Assembly (NCBI GenBank): GCA_043228905.1
Contig: JBHGNT010000023.1
Location: 62,001 to 126,000, forward strand
Origin: Azolla caroliniana
Lineage: Eukaryota > Plantae > Polypodiophyta
Direction of reading: 5' to 3'
Length of the DNA: 64,000 bases
Part shown: piece after piece, positions 38,601 to 52,399 of the stretch
Layout: every line of letters begins with the position of its first letter
How positions within the stretch are numbered: the stretch's first letter is position 1
The notes under the pieces: model-generated
What the model saw: the letters and a program-made list of their open reading frames with translations, nothing else
Databases searched by the model: none
Told to the model about the DNA's origin: nothing
Translations under genes and position numbers: made by a program

Positions 38601-41570
38601 GTTCAAACATGCGAATCGAAGCTAACTACGCTAGCTATGATACAGAATTAAAAAATCAAGATTTTCAAACTCAGGTCGAGAGACATGAACAAATTAGCAA
38701 ATTTGAGGAGGGAGTGGACAAGAGATAGTAGCTAAATTAAAATGTTCATACCTGGCTCGTGTGATATCGGATTTTTGTGTTCAAACATGCGAATCGAAGC
38801 TAACTACGCTACCTATGATACAGAATTAAAAAATCAAGATTTTGAAACTCAGGTCAAGAGACATGAACAAATTAGCAAATTTGAGGAGGGAGTGGACAAG
38901 AGATAGTAGGTAAATTAAAATATTCATACCTGGCTCGTTTGATATCGGATTTTTGTGTTCAAACATGCGAATCGAAGCTAACTACGCTAGCTATGATACA
39001 GAATTAAAAAATCAAGATTTTGAAACTCAGGTCGAAAGACATGAACAAATTAGCAAATTTGAGGAGGGAGTGGACAAGAGCTAGTAGGTAAATTAAAATA
39101 TTCATACCTGGCTCGCGTGATATAGGATTTTTGTGTTCAAACATGCGAATCGAAGCTAACTACGCTAGCTATGATATAGAATTAAAAAATCAAGATTTTG
39201 AAACTTAGGTCGAGAGACATGAACAAATTAGCAAATTTGAGGAGGGAGTGGACAAGAGATAGTAGGTAAATTAAAATGTTCATACCTGGCTCGCGTGATA
39301 TCGGATTTTTGTGTTCAAACATGCGAATCGAAGCTAACTACGCTACCTATGATACAGAATTAAAAAATCAAGATTTTGAAACTCAGGTCAAGAGACATGA
39401 ACAAATTAGCAAATTTGAGGAGGGAGTGGACAAGAGCTAGTAGGTAAATTAAAATGTTCATACCTGGCTCGTGTGATATCGGATTTTTGTGTTCAAACAT
39501 GCGAATCGAAGCTAACTACGCTAGCTATGATACAGAATTAAAAAATCAAGATGTTGAAACTCAGGTCGAGAGACATGAAGAAATTAGCAAATTTGAGGAG
39601 GGAGTGGACAAGACCTAGTAGGTAAATTAAAATGTTCATACCTGGCTCGTTTGATATCGGATTTTTGTGTTCAAACATGCGAATCGATGCTAACTACGCT
39701 AGCTATGATACAGAATTAAAAAATCAAGATTTTGAAACTCAGGTCGAGAGACATGAACAAATTAGCAAATTTGAGGAGGGAGTGGACAAGAGATAGTAGG
39801 TAAATTAAAATGTTCATACCTGGCTCGTGTGATATCGGATTTTTGTGTTCAAACATGTGAATCGAAGCTAACTACGCTAGCTATGATATAGAATTAAAAA
39901 ATCAAGATTTTGAAACTCAGGTCGACAGACATGATAGAATTAGCAAATTTGAGGAGGGAGTGGACAAGAGATAGTAGCTAAATTAAAATGTTCATACCTG
40001 GCTCGTGTGATATCGGATTTTTGTGTTCAAACATGCGAATCGAAGCTAACTACGCTAGCTATGATACAGAATTAAAAAATCAAGATTCTCAAACTCAGGT
40101 CGAGAGACATGAACAAATTAGCAAATTTGAGGAGGGAGTGGACAAGAGATAGTAGCTAAATTAAAATGTTCATACCTGGCTCGTGTGATATCGGATTTTT
40201 CTGTTCAAACATGCGAATCGAAGCTAACTACGCTAGCTATGATACAGAATTAAAAAATCAAGATTTTGAAACTCAGGTCGAGAGACATGAACAAATTAGC
40301 AAATTTGAGGAGGGAGTGGACAAGAGCTAGTAGGTAAATTAAAATATTCATACCTGGCTCGTTTGATATCGGATTTTTGTGTTCAAACATGCGAATCGAA
40401 GCTAACTACGCTAGCTATGATACAGAATTAAAAAATCAAGATTTTGAAACTCAGGTCGAGAGACATGAACAAATTAGCAAATTTGAGGAGGGAGTGGACA
40501 AGAGCTAGTAGGTAAATTAAAATATTCATACCTGGCTCGCGTGATATTGGATTTTTGTGTTCAAACATGCGAATCGAAGCTAACTACGCTAGCTATGATA
40601 TAGAATTAAAAAATCAAGATTTTGAAACTCAGGTCGACAGACATGATAGAATTAGCAAATTTGAAGAGGGAGTGGACAAGAGATAGTAGCTAAATTAAAA
40701 TGTTCATACCTGGCTCGTGTGATATCGGATTTTTGTGTTCAAACATGCGAATCGAAGCTAACTACGCTAGCTATGATACAGAATTAAAAAATCAAGATTT
40801 TCAAACTCAGGTCGAGAGACATGAACAAATTAGCAAATTTGAGGAGGGAGTGGACAAGAGATAGTAGCTAAATTAAAATGTTCATACCTGGCTCGTGTGA
40901 TATCGGATTTTTGTGTTCAAACATGCGAATCGAAGCTAACTACGCTACCTATGATACAGAATTAAAAAATCAAGATTTTGAAACTCAGGTCAAGAGACAT
41001 GAACAAATTAGCAAATTTGAGGAGGGAGTGGACAAGAGATAGTAGGTAAATTAAAATATTCATACCTGGCTCGTTTGATATCGGATTTTTGTGTTCAAAC
41101 ATGCGAATCGAAGCTAACTACGCTAGCTATGATACAGAATTAAAAAATCAAGATTTTGAAACTCAGGTCGAGAGACATGAACAAATTAGCAAATTTGAGG
41201 AGGGAGTGGACAAGAGCTAGTAGGTAAATTAAAATATTCATACCTGGCTCGCGTGATATCGGATTTTTGTGTTCAAACATGCGAATCGAAGCTAACTACG
41301 CTAGCTATGATATAGAATTAAAAGATCAAGATTTTGAAACTTAGGTCGAGAGACATGAACAAATTAGCAAATTTGAGGAGGGAGTGGACAAGAGATAGTA
41401 GGTAAATTAAAATGTTCATACCTGGCTCGCGTGATATCGGATTTTTGTGTTCAAACATGCGAATCGAAGCTAACTACGCTACCTATGATACAGAATTAAA
41501 AAATCAAGATTTTGAAACTCAGGTCAAGAGACATGAACAAATTAGCAAATTTGAGGAGGGAGTGGACAAG
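35690..41570 (+). repeat. Three related HOR blocks at 14- and 12-monomer spacing
   Basis: TTTGAAGAG at 36032, 38524, 40660 (offsets 2492 and 2136). ATAGGAT (36631/39123) and ATCGATGC (37191/39683) recur at offset 2492. Confidence 0.85.
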
Positions 41571-43659
41571 ACCTAGTAGGTAAATTAAAATGTTCATACC
41601 TGCCTCGTTTGATATCGGATTTTTGTGTTCAAACATGCGAATCGAAGCTAACTACGCTAGCTATGATACAGAATTAAAAAATCAAGATTTTGAAACTCAG
41701 GTCGACAGACATGATAGAATTAGCAAATTTAAGGAGGGAGTGGACAAGAGATAGTAGCTAAATTAAAATGTTCATACCTGGCTTGTGTGATATCGGATTT
41801 TTGTGTTCAAACATGCGAATCGAAGCTAACTACGCTAGCTATGATACAGAATTAAAAAATCAAGATTTTCAAACTCAGGTCGAGAGACATGAACAAATTA
41901 GCAAATTTGAGGAGGGAGTGGACAAGAGCTAGTAGGTAAATTAAAATGTTCATACGTGGCTCGTGTGATATCGGATTTTTGTGTTCAAACATGCGAATCG
42001 AAGCTAACTACGCTAGCTATGATACAGAATTAAAAAATCAAGATTTTGAAACTCAGGTCGAGAGACATGAACAAATTAGCAAATTTGAGGAGGGAGTGGA
42101 CAAGAGCTAGTAGGTAAATTAAAATATTCATACCTGGCTCGTGTGATATTGGATTTTTCTGTTCAAACATGCGAATCGAAACTAACTACGCTAGCTATGA
42201 TACAGAATTAAAAAATCAAGATTTTGAAACTCAGGTCGAGAGACATGAAGAAATTAGCAAATTTGAGGAGGGAGTGGACAAGAGATAGTAGCTAAATTAA
42301 AATGTCCATACCTGGCTCGTGTGATATCGGATTTTTGTGTTCAAACATGCGAATCGAAGCTAACTACGCTACCTATGATACAGAATTAAAAAATCAAGAT
42401 TTTGAAACTCAGGTCGAGAGACATGACCAAATTAGCAAATTTGAGGAGGGAGTGGACAAGAGATAGTAGGTAAATTAAAATGTTCATACCTGGCTCGTGT
42501 GATATCGGATTTTTGTGTTCAAACATGTGAATCGAAGCTAACTACGCTAGCTATGATATAGAATTAAAAAATCAAGATGTTGAAACTCAGGTCGAGAGAC
42601 GTGAAGAAATTAGCAAATTTGAGGAGGGAGTGGACAAGAGCTAGTAGGTAAATTAAAATATTCATACCTGGCTCGTTTGATATCGGATTTTTGTGTTCAA
42701 ACATGCGAATCGAAGCTAACTACGCTAGCTATGATACAGAATTAAAAAATCAAGATTTTGAAACTCAGGTCGAGAGACATGAACAAATTAGCAAATTTGA
42801 GGAGGGAGTGGACAAGAGCTAGTAGGTAAATTAAAATATTCATACCTGGCTCGTTTGATATCGGATTTTTGTGTTCAAACATGCGAATCGAAGCTAACTA
42901 CGCTACCTATGATACAGAATTAAAAAATCAAGATTTTGAAACTCAGGTCGAGAGACATGAACAAATTAGCAAATTTGAGGAGGGAGTGGACAAGAGATAG
43001 TAGGTAAATTAAAATATTCATACCTGGCTCGTTTGATATCGGATATTTGTGTTCAAACATGCGAATCGAAGCTAACTACGCTAGCTATGATACAGAATTA
43101 AAAAATCAAGATTTTGAAACTCAGGTCGAGAGACATGAACAAATTAGCAAATTTGAGGAGGGAGTGGACAAGAGCTAGTAGGTAAATTAAAATATTCATA
43201 CCTGGCTCGCGTGATATTGGATTTTTGTGTTCAAACATGCGAATCGAAGCTAACTACGCTAGCTATGATATAGAATTAAAAAATCAAGATTTTGAAACTT
43301 AGGTCGAGAGACATGAACAAATTAGCAAATTTGAGGAGGGAGTGGACAAGAGATAGTAGGTAAATTAAAATGTTCATACCTGGCTCGCGTGATATCGGAT
43401 TTTTGTGTTCAAACATGTGAATCGAAGCTAACTACGCTAGCTATGATATAGAATTAAAAAATCAAGATGTTGAAACTCAGGTCGAGAGACATGAAGAAAT
43501 TAGCAAATTTGAGGAGGGAGTGGACAAGACCTAGTAGGTAAATTAAAATGTTCATACCTGGCTCGTTTGATATCGGATTTTTGTGTTCAAACATGCGAAT
43601 CGAAGCTAACTACGCTAGCTATGATACAGAATTAAAAAATCAAGATTTTGAAACTTAGG

Positions 43660-46600
43660 TCGAGAGACATGAACTCGAGAGACATGAACAAATTAGCAAA
43701 TTTGAGGAGGGAGTGGACAAGAGCTAGTAGGTAAATTAAAATATTCATACCTGGCTCGCGTGATATCGGATTTTTGTGTTCAAACATGTGAATCGAAGCT
43801 AACTACGCTAGCTATGATATAGAATTAAAAAATCAAGATGTTGAAACTCAGGTCGAGAGACATGAAGAAATTAGCAAATTTGAGGAGGGAGTGGACAAGA
43901 CCTAGTAGGTAAATTAAAATGTTCATACCTGGCTCGTTTGATATCGGATTTTTGTGTTCAAACATGCGAATCGAAGCTAACTACGCTAGCTATGATACAG
44001 AATTAAAAAATCAAGATTTTGAAACTTAGGTCGAGAGACATGAACTCGAGAGACATGAACAAATTAGCAAATTTGAGGAGGGAGTGGACAAGAGCTAGTA
44101 GGTAAATTAAAATATTCATACCTGGCTCGCGTGATATCGGATTTTTGTGTTCAAACATGCGAATCGAAGCTAACTACGCTAGCTATGATACAGAATTAAA
44201 AAATCAAGATTTTCAAACTCAGGTCGAGAGACATGAACAAATTAGCAAATTTGAGGAGGGAGTGGACAAGAGCTAGTAGGTAAATTAAAATGTTCATACG
44301 TGGCTCGTGTGATATCGGATTTTTGTGTTCAAACATGCGAATCGAAGCTAACTACGCTAGCTATGATACAGAATTAAAAAATCAAGATTTTGAAACTCAG
44401 GTCGAGAGACATGAACAAATTAGCAAGTTTGAGGAGGGAGTGGACAAGAGCTAGTAGGTAAATTAAAATATTCATACCTGGCTCGTTTGATATCGGATTT
44501 TTGTGTTCAAACATGCGAATTGAAGCTAACTACGCTAGCTATGATACAGAATTAAAAAATCAAGATTTTGAAACTCAGGTCAAGAGACATGAACAAATTA
44601 GCAAATTTGAGGAGGGAGTGGACAAGAGATAGTAGGTAAATTAAAATGTTCATACCTGGCTCGTGTGATATCGGATTTTTATGTTCAAACATGCGAATCG
44701 AAGCTAACTACGCTAGCTATGATACAGAATTAAAAAATCAAGATTTTGAAACTCAGGTCGAGAGACATGAAGAAATTAGCAAATTTGAGGAGGGAGTGGA
44801 CAAGACCTAGTAGGTAAATTAAAATATTCATACCTGGCTCGTGTGATATCGGATTTTTGTGTTCAAACATGCGAATCGAAGCTAACTACGCTAGCTATGA
44901 TATAGAATTAAAAAATCAAGATTTTGAAACTTAGGTCGAGAGACATGAACAAATTAGCAAATTTTAGGAGGGAGTGGACAAGAGCTAGTAGGTAAATTAA
45001 AATGTTCATACCTGGCTCGTGTGATATCGGATTTTTGTGTTCAAACATGCGAATCGAAGCTAACTACGCTAGCTATGATATAGAATTAAAAAATCAAGAT
45101 GTTGAAACTCAGGTCGAGAGACATGAAGAAATTAGCAAATTTGAGGAGGGAGTGGACAAGACCTAGTAGGTAAATTAAAATGTTCATACCTGGCTCGTTT
45201 GATATCGGATTTTTGTGTTCAAACATGCGAATCGAAGCTAACTACGCTAGCTATGATACAGAATTAAAAAATCAAGATTTTGAAACTTAGGTCGAGAGAC
45301 ATGAACTCGAGAGACATGAACAAATTAGCAAATTTGAGGAGGGAGTGGACAAGAGCTAGTAGGTAAATTAAAATATTCATACCTGGCTCGCGTGATATCG
45401 GATTTTTGTGTTCAAACATGCGAATCGAAGCTAACTACGCTAGCTATGATACAGAATTAAAAAATCAAGATTTTCAAACTCAGGTCGAGAGACATGAACA
45501 AATTAGCAAATTTGAGGAGGGAGTGGACAAGAGCTAGTAGGTAAATTAAAATGTTCATACGTGGCTCGTGTGATATCGGATTTTTGTGTTCAAACATGCG
45601 AATCGAAGCTAACTACGCTAGCTATGATACAGAATTAAAAAATCAAGATTTTGAAACTCAGGTCGAGAGACATGAACAAATTAGCAAGTTTGAGGAGGGA
45701 GTGGACAAGAGCTAGTAGGTAAATTAAAATATTCATACCTGGCTCGTTTGATATCGGATTTTTGTGTTCAAACATGCGAATTGAAGCTAACTACGCTAGC
45801 TATGATACAGAATTAAAAAATCAAGATTTTGAAACTCAGGTCAAGAGACATGAACAAATTAGCAAATTTGAGGAGGGAGTGGACAAGAGATAGTAGGTAA
45901 ATTAAAATGTTCATACCTGGCTCGTGTGATATCGGATTTTTATGTTCAAACATGCGAATCGAAGCTAACTACGCTAGCTATGATACAGAATTAAAAAATC
46001 AAGATTTGGAAACTCAGGTCGAGAGACATGAAGAAATTAGCAAATTTGAGGAGGGAGTGGACAAGACCTAGTAGGTAAATTAAAATATTCATACCTGGCT
46101 CGTGTGATATCGGATTTTTGTGTTCAAACATGCGAATCGAAGCTAACTACGCTAGCTATGATATAGAATTTAAAAATCAAGATTTTGAAACTTAGGTCGA
46201 GAGACATGAACAAATTAGCAAATTTTAGGAGGGAGTGGACAAGAGCTAGTAGGTAAATTAAAATGTTCATACCTGGCTCGTGTGATATCGGATTTTTGTG
46301 TTCAAACATGCGAATCGAAGCTAACTACGCTAGCTATGATATAGAATTAAAAAATCAAGATTTTGAAACTTAGGTCGAGAGACATGAACAAATTAGCAAA
46401 TTTGAGGAGGGAGTGGACAAGAGATAGTAGGTAAATTAAAATGTTCATACCTGGCTCGCGTGAGATCGGATTTTTGTGTTCAAACATGTGAATCGAAGCT
46501 AACTACGCTAGCTATGATATAGAATTAAAAAATCAAGATGTTGAAACTCAGGTCGAGAGACATGAAGAAATTAGCAAATTTGAGGAGGGAGTGGACAAGA

Positions 46601-46760
46601 CCTAGTAGGTAAATTAAAATGTTCATACCTGGCTCGTTTGATATCGGATTTTTGTGTTCAAACATGCGAATCGAAGCTAACTACGCTAGCTATGATACAG
46701 AATTAAAAAATCAAGATTTTGAAACTTAGGTCGAGAGACATGAACTCGAGAGACATGAAC
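43660..46760 (+). repeat. Four 193-bp monomers carrying a 15-bp tandem duplication (TCGAGAGACATGAAC)x2
   Basis: Duplications at 43660-43689, 44031-44060, 45292-45321 and 46731-46760. Spacings 371, 1261, 1439 correspond to 2-, 7- and 8-monomer units. Confidence 0.95.
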
Positions 46761-49700
46761 AAATTAGCAAATTTGAGGAGGGAGTGGACAAGAGCTAGTA
46801 GGTAAATTAAAATATTCATACCTGGCTCGCGTGATATCGGATTTTTGTGTTCAAACATGCGAATCGAAGCTAACTACGCTAGCTATGATACAGAATTAAA
46901 AAATCAAGATTTTCAAACTCAGGTCGAGAGACATGAACAAATTAGCAAATTTGAGGAGGGAGTGGACAAGAGCTAGTAGGTAAATTAAAATGTTCATACG
47001 TGGCTCGTGTGATATCGGATTTTTGTGTTCAAACATGCGAATCGAAGCTAACTACGCTAGCTATGATACAGAATTAAAATATCAAGATTTTGAAACTCAG
47101 GTCGAGAGACATGAACAAATTAGCAAGTTTGAGGAGGGAGTGGACAAGAGCTAGTAGGTAAATTAAAATATTCATACCTGGCTCGTTTGATATCGGATTT
47201 TTGTGTTCAAACATGCGAATCGAAGCTAACTACGCTAGCTATGATACAGAATTAAAAAATCAAGATTTTCAAACTCAGGTCGAGAGACATGAACAAATTA
47301 GCAAATTTGAGGAGGGAGTGGACAAGAGCTAGTAGGTAAATTAAAATGTTCATACGTGGCTCGTGTGATATCGGATTTTTGTGTTCAAACATGCGAATCG
47401 AAGCTAACTACGCTAGCTATGATACAGAATTAAAAAATCAAGATGTTGAAACTCAGGTCGAGAGACATGAAGAAATTAGCAAATTTGAGGAGGGAGTGGA
47501 CAAGACCTAGTAGGTAAATTAAAATGTTCATACCTGGCTCGTGTGATATCGGATTTTTGTGTTCAAACATGCGAATCGAAGCTAACTACGCTAGCTATGA
47601 TACAGAATTAAAAAATCAAGATTTTGAAACTTAGGTCGAGAGACATGAACAAATTAGCAAATTTTAGGAGGGAGTGGACAAGAGCTAGTAGGTAAATTAA
47701 AATGTTCATACCTGGCTCGTGTGATATCGGATTTTTGTGTTCAAACATGCGAATCGAAGCTAACTACGCTAGCTATGATACAGAATTAAAAAATCAAGAT
47801 GTTGAAACTCAGGTCGAGAGACATGAAGAAATTAGCAAATTTGAGGAGGGAGTGGACAAGAGCTAGTAGGTAAATTAAAATGTTCATACGTGGCTCGTGT
47901 GATATCGGATTTTTGTGTTCAAACATGCGAATTGAAGCTAACTACGCTAGCTATGATACAGAATTAAAAAATCAAGATTTTGAAACTCAGGTCGAGAGAC
48001 ATGAACAAATTAGCAAATTTGAGGAGGGAGTGGACAAGAGCTAGTAGGTAAATTAAAATATTCATACCTGGCTCGTTTGATATCGGATTTTTGTGTTCAA
48101 ACATGCGAATCGAAGCTAACTACGCTAGCTATGATACAGAATTAAAAAATCAAGATTTTGAAACTCAGGTCGAGAGACATGAACAAATTAGCAAATTTGA
48201 GGAGGGAGTGGACGAGAGCTAGTAGGTAAATTAAAATATTCATACCTGGCTCGCGTGATATCGGATTTTTGTGTTCAAACATGCGAATCGAAGCTAACTA
48301 CGCTAGCTATGATATAGAATTAAAAAATCAAGATTTTGAAACTCAGGTCGAGAGACATGATAGAATTAGCAAATTTGAGGAGGGAGTGGACAAGAGCTAG
48401 TAGGTAAATTAAAATGTTCATACGTGGCTCGTGTGATATCGGATTTTTGTGTTCAAACATGCGAATCGAAGCTAACTACGCTAGCTATGATACAGAATTA
48501 AAAAATCAAGATTTTGAAACTCAGGTCGAGAGACATGAACAAATTAGCAAATTTGAGGAGGGAGTGGACAAGAGCTAGTAGCTAAATTAAAATGTTCATA
48601 CCTGGCTCGTTTGATATCGGATTTTTGTGTTCAAACATGCGAATCGAAGCTAACTACGCTAGCTATGATACAGAATTAAAAAATCAAGATTTTGAAACTC
48701 AGGTCGAGAGACATGAACAAATTAGCAAATTTGAGGAGGGAGTGGACGAGAGCTAGTAGGTAAATTAAAATATTCATACCTGGCTCGCGTGATATCGGAT
48801 TTTTGTGTTCAAACATGCGAATCGAAGCTAACTACGCTAGCTATGATATAGAATTAAAAAATCAAGATTTTGAAACTCAGGTCGAGAGACATGATAGAAT
48901 TAGCAAATTTGAGGAGGGAGTGGACAAGAGATAGTAGCTAAATTAAAATGTTCATACCTGGCTCGTGTGATATCGGATTTTTGTGTTCAAACATGCGAAT
49001 CGAAGCTAACTACGCTAGCTATGATACAGAATTAAAAAATCAAGATTTTCAAACTCAGGTCGAGAGACATGAACAAATTACCAAATTTGAGGAGGGAGTG
49101 GACAAGAGATAGTAGCTAAATTAAAATGTTCATACCTGGCTCGTGTGATATCGGATTTTTGTGTTCAAACATGCGAATCGAAGCTAACTACGCTACCTAT
49201 GATACAGAATTAAAAAATCAAGATTTTGAAACTCAGGTCAAGAGACATGAACAAATTAGCAAATTTGAGGAGGGAGTGGACAAGAGATAGTAGGTAAATT
49301 AAAATATTCATACCTGGCTCGTTTGATATCGGATTTTTGTGTTCAAACATGCGAATCGAAGCTAACTACGCTAGCTATGATACAGAATTAAAAAATCAAG
49401 ATTTTGAAACTCAGGTCGAGAGACATGAACAAATTAGCAAATTTGAGGAGGGAGTGGACAAGAGATAGTAGGTAAATTAAAATATTCATACCTGGCTCGC
49501 GTGATATTGGATTTTTGTGTTCAAACATGCGAATCGAAGCTAACTACGCTAGCTACGATACAGAATTAAAAAATCAAGATTTTGAAACTCAGGTCAAGAG
49601 ACATGAACAAATTAGCAAATTTGAGGAGGGAGTGGACAAGAGATAGTAGGTAAATTAAAATGTTCATACCTGGCTCGTTTGATATCGGCTTTTTATGTTC

Positions 49701-52399
49701 AAACATGCGAATCGAAGCTAACTACGCTAGCTATTATACAGAATTAAAAAATCAAGATTTTCAAACTCAGGTCGAGAGACATGAACAAATTAGCAAATTT
49801 GAGGAGGGAGTGGACAAGAGCTAGTAGGTAAATTAAAATATTCATACCTGGCTCGCGTGATATTGGATTTTTGTGTTCAAACATGCGAATCGAAGCTAAC
49901 TACGCTAGCTATGATATAGAATTAAAAAATCAAGATTTTGAAACTTAGGTCGAGAGACATGAACAAATTAGCAAATTTGAGGAGGGAGTGGACAAGAGAT
50001 AGTAGGTAAATTAAAATGTTCATACCTGGCTCGTGTGATATCGGATTTTTGTGTTCAAACATGTGAATCGAAGCTAACTACGCTAGCTATGATATAGAAT
50101 TAAAAAATCAAGATGTTGAAACTCAGGTCGAGAGACATGAAGAAATTAGCAAATTTGAGGAGGGAGTGGACAAGACCTAGTAGGTAAATTAAAATGTTCA
50201 TACCTGGCTCGTTTGATATCGGATTTTTTTGTTCAAACATGCGAATCGAAGCTAACTACGCTAGCTATGATACAGAATTAAAAAATCAAGATTTTGAAAC
50301 TCAGGTCAAGAGACATGAAGAAATTAGCAAATTTGAGGAGCGAGTGGACAAGAGATAGTAGCTAAATTAAAATGTTCATACCTGGCTCGTGTGATATCGG
50401 ATTTTTGTGTTCAAACATGCGAATCGAAGCTAACTACGCTAGCTATGATATAGAATTAAAAAATCAAGATTTTGAAACTCAGGTCAAGAGACATGAACAA
50501 ATTAGCAAATTTGAGGAGGGAGTGGACAAGAGATAGTAGGTAAATTAAAATGTTCATACCTGGCTCGTGTGATATCGGCTTTTTATGTTCAAACATGCGA
50601 ATCGAAGCTAACTACGCTAGCTATGATACAGAATTAAAAAATCAAGATTTTGAAACTCAGGTCGAGAGACATGAACAAATTAGCAAATTTGAAGAGGGAG
50701 TGGACAAGAGCTAGTAGGTAAATTAAAATATTCATACCTGGCTCGTGTGATATCGGATTTTTGTGTTCAAACATGCGAATCGAAGCTAACTACGCTAGCT
50801 ATGATATAGAATTAAAAAATCAAGATTTTCAAACTCAGGTCGAGAGACATGAACAAATTAGCAAATTTGAGGAGGGAGTGGACAAGAGCTAGTAGGTAAA
50901 TTAAAATGTTCATACGTGGCTCGTGTGATATCGGATTTTTGTGTTCAAACATGCGAATCGAAGCTAACTACGCTAGCTATGATACAGAATTAAAAAATCA
51001 AGATTTTGAAACTCAGGTCGAGAGACATGAACAAATTAGCAAATTTGAGGAGGGAGTGGACAAGAGCTAGTAGGTAAATTAAAATATTCATACCTGGCTC
51101 GTTTGATATCGGATTTTTGTGTTCAAACATGCGAATCGAAGCTAACTACGCTAGCTATGATACAGAATTAAAAAATCAAGATTTTGAAACTCAGGTCGAG
51201 AGACATGAACAAATTAGCAAATTTGAGGAGGGAGTGGACGAGAGCTAGTAGGTAAATTAAAATATTCATACCTGGCTCGCGTGATATCGGATTTTTGTGT
51301 TCAAACATGCGAATCGAAGCTAACTACGCTATCTATGATATAGAATTAAAAAATCAAGATTTTGAAACTCAGGTCGAGAGACATGATAGAATTAGCAAAT
51401 TTGAGGAGGGAGTGGACAAGAGATAGTAGCTAAATTAAAATGTTCATACCTGGCTCGTGTGATATCGGATTTTTGTGTTCAAACATGCGAATCGAAGCTA
51501 ACTACGCTAGCTATGATACAGAATTAAAAAATCAAGATTTTCAAACTCAGGTCGAGAGACATGAACAAATTAGCAAATTTTAGGAGGGAGTGGACAAGAG
51601 ATAGTAGCTAAATTAAAATGTTCATACCTGGCTCGTGTGATATCGGATTTTTGTGTTCAAACATGCGAATCGAAGCTAACTACGCTACCTATGATACAGA
51701 ATTAAAAAATCAAGATTTTGAAACTCAGGTCAAGAGACATGAACAAATTAGCAAATTTGAGGAGGGAGTGGACAAGAGATAGTAGGTAAATTAAAATATT
51801 CATACCTGGCTCGTTTGATATCGGATTTTTGTGTTCAAACATGCGAATCGAAGCTAACTACGCTAGCTATGATACAGAATTAAAAAATCAAGATTTTGAA
51901 ACTCAGGTCGACAGACATGAACAAATTAGCAAATTTGAGGAGGGAGTGGACAAGAGCTAGTAGGTAAATTAAAATATTCATACCTGGCTCGCGTGATATT
52001 GGATTTTTGTGTTCAAACATGCGAATCGAAGCTAACTACGCTAGCTATGATATAGAAATAAAAAATCAAGATTTTGAAACTTAGGTCGACAGACATGAAC
52101 AAATTAGCAAATTTGAGGAGGGAGTGGACAAGAGATAGTAGGTAAATTAAAATGTTCATACCTGGCTCGTGTGATATCGGATTTTTGTGTTCAAACATGT
52201 GAATCGAAGCTAACTACGCTAGCTATGATATAGAATTAAAAAATCAACATGTTGAAACTCAGGTCGAGAGACATGAAGAAATTAGCAAATTTGAGGAGGG
52301 AGTGGACAAGACCTAGTAGGTAAATTAAAATGTTCATACCTGGCTCGTATGATATCGGATTTTTGTGTTCAAACATGCGAATCGAAGCTAACTACGCTA

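Noticed and set aside
46124-46309. 61-aa minus-strand ORF
   Set aside because: Same satellite frame; the stop is lost through a single substitution at 46171. Not a gene.
52013-52198. 61-aa minus-strand ORF
   Set aside because: Same satellite frame; the stop is lost through a single substitution at 52058. Three different stop-loss SNPs among ~360 monomers is compatible with chance.
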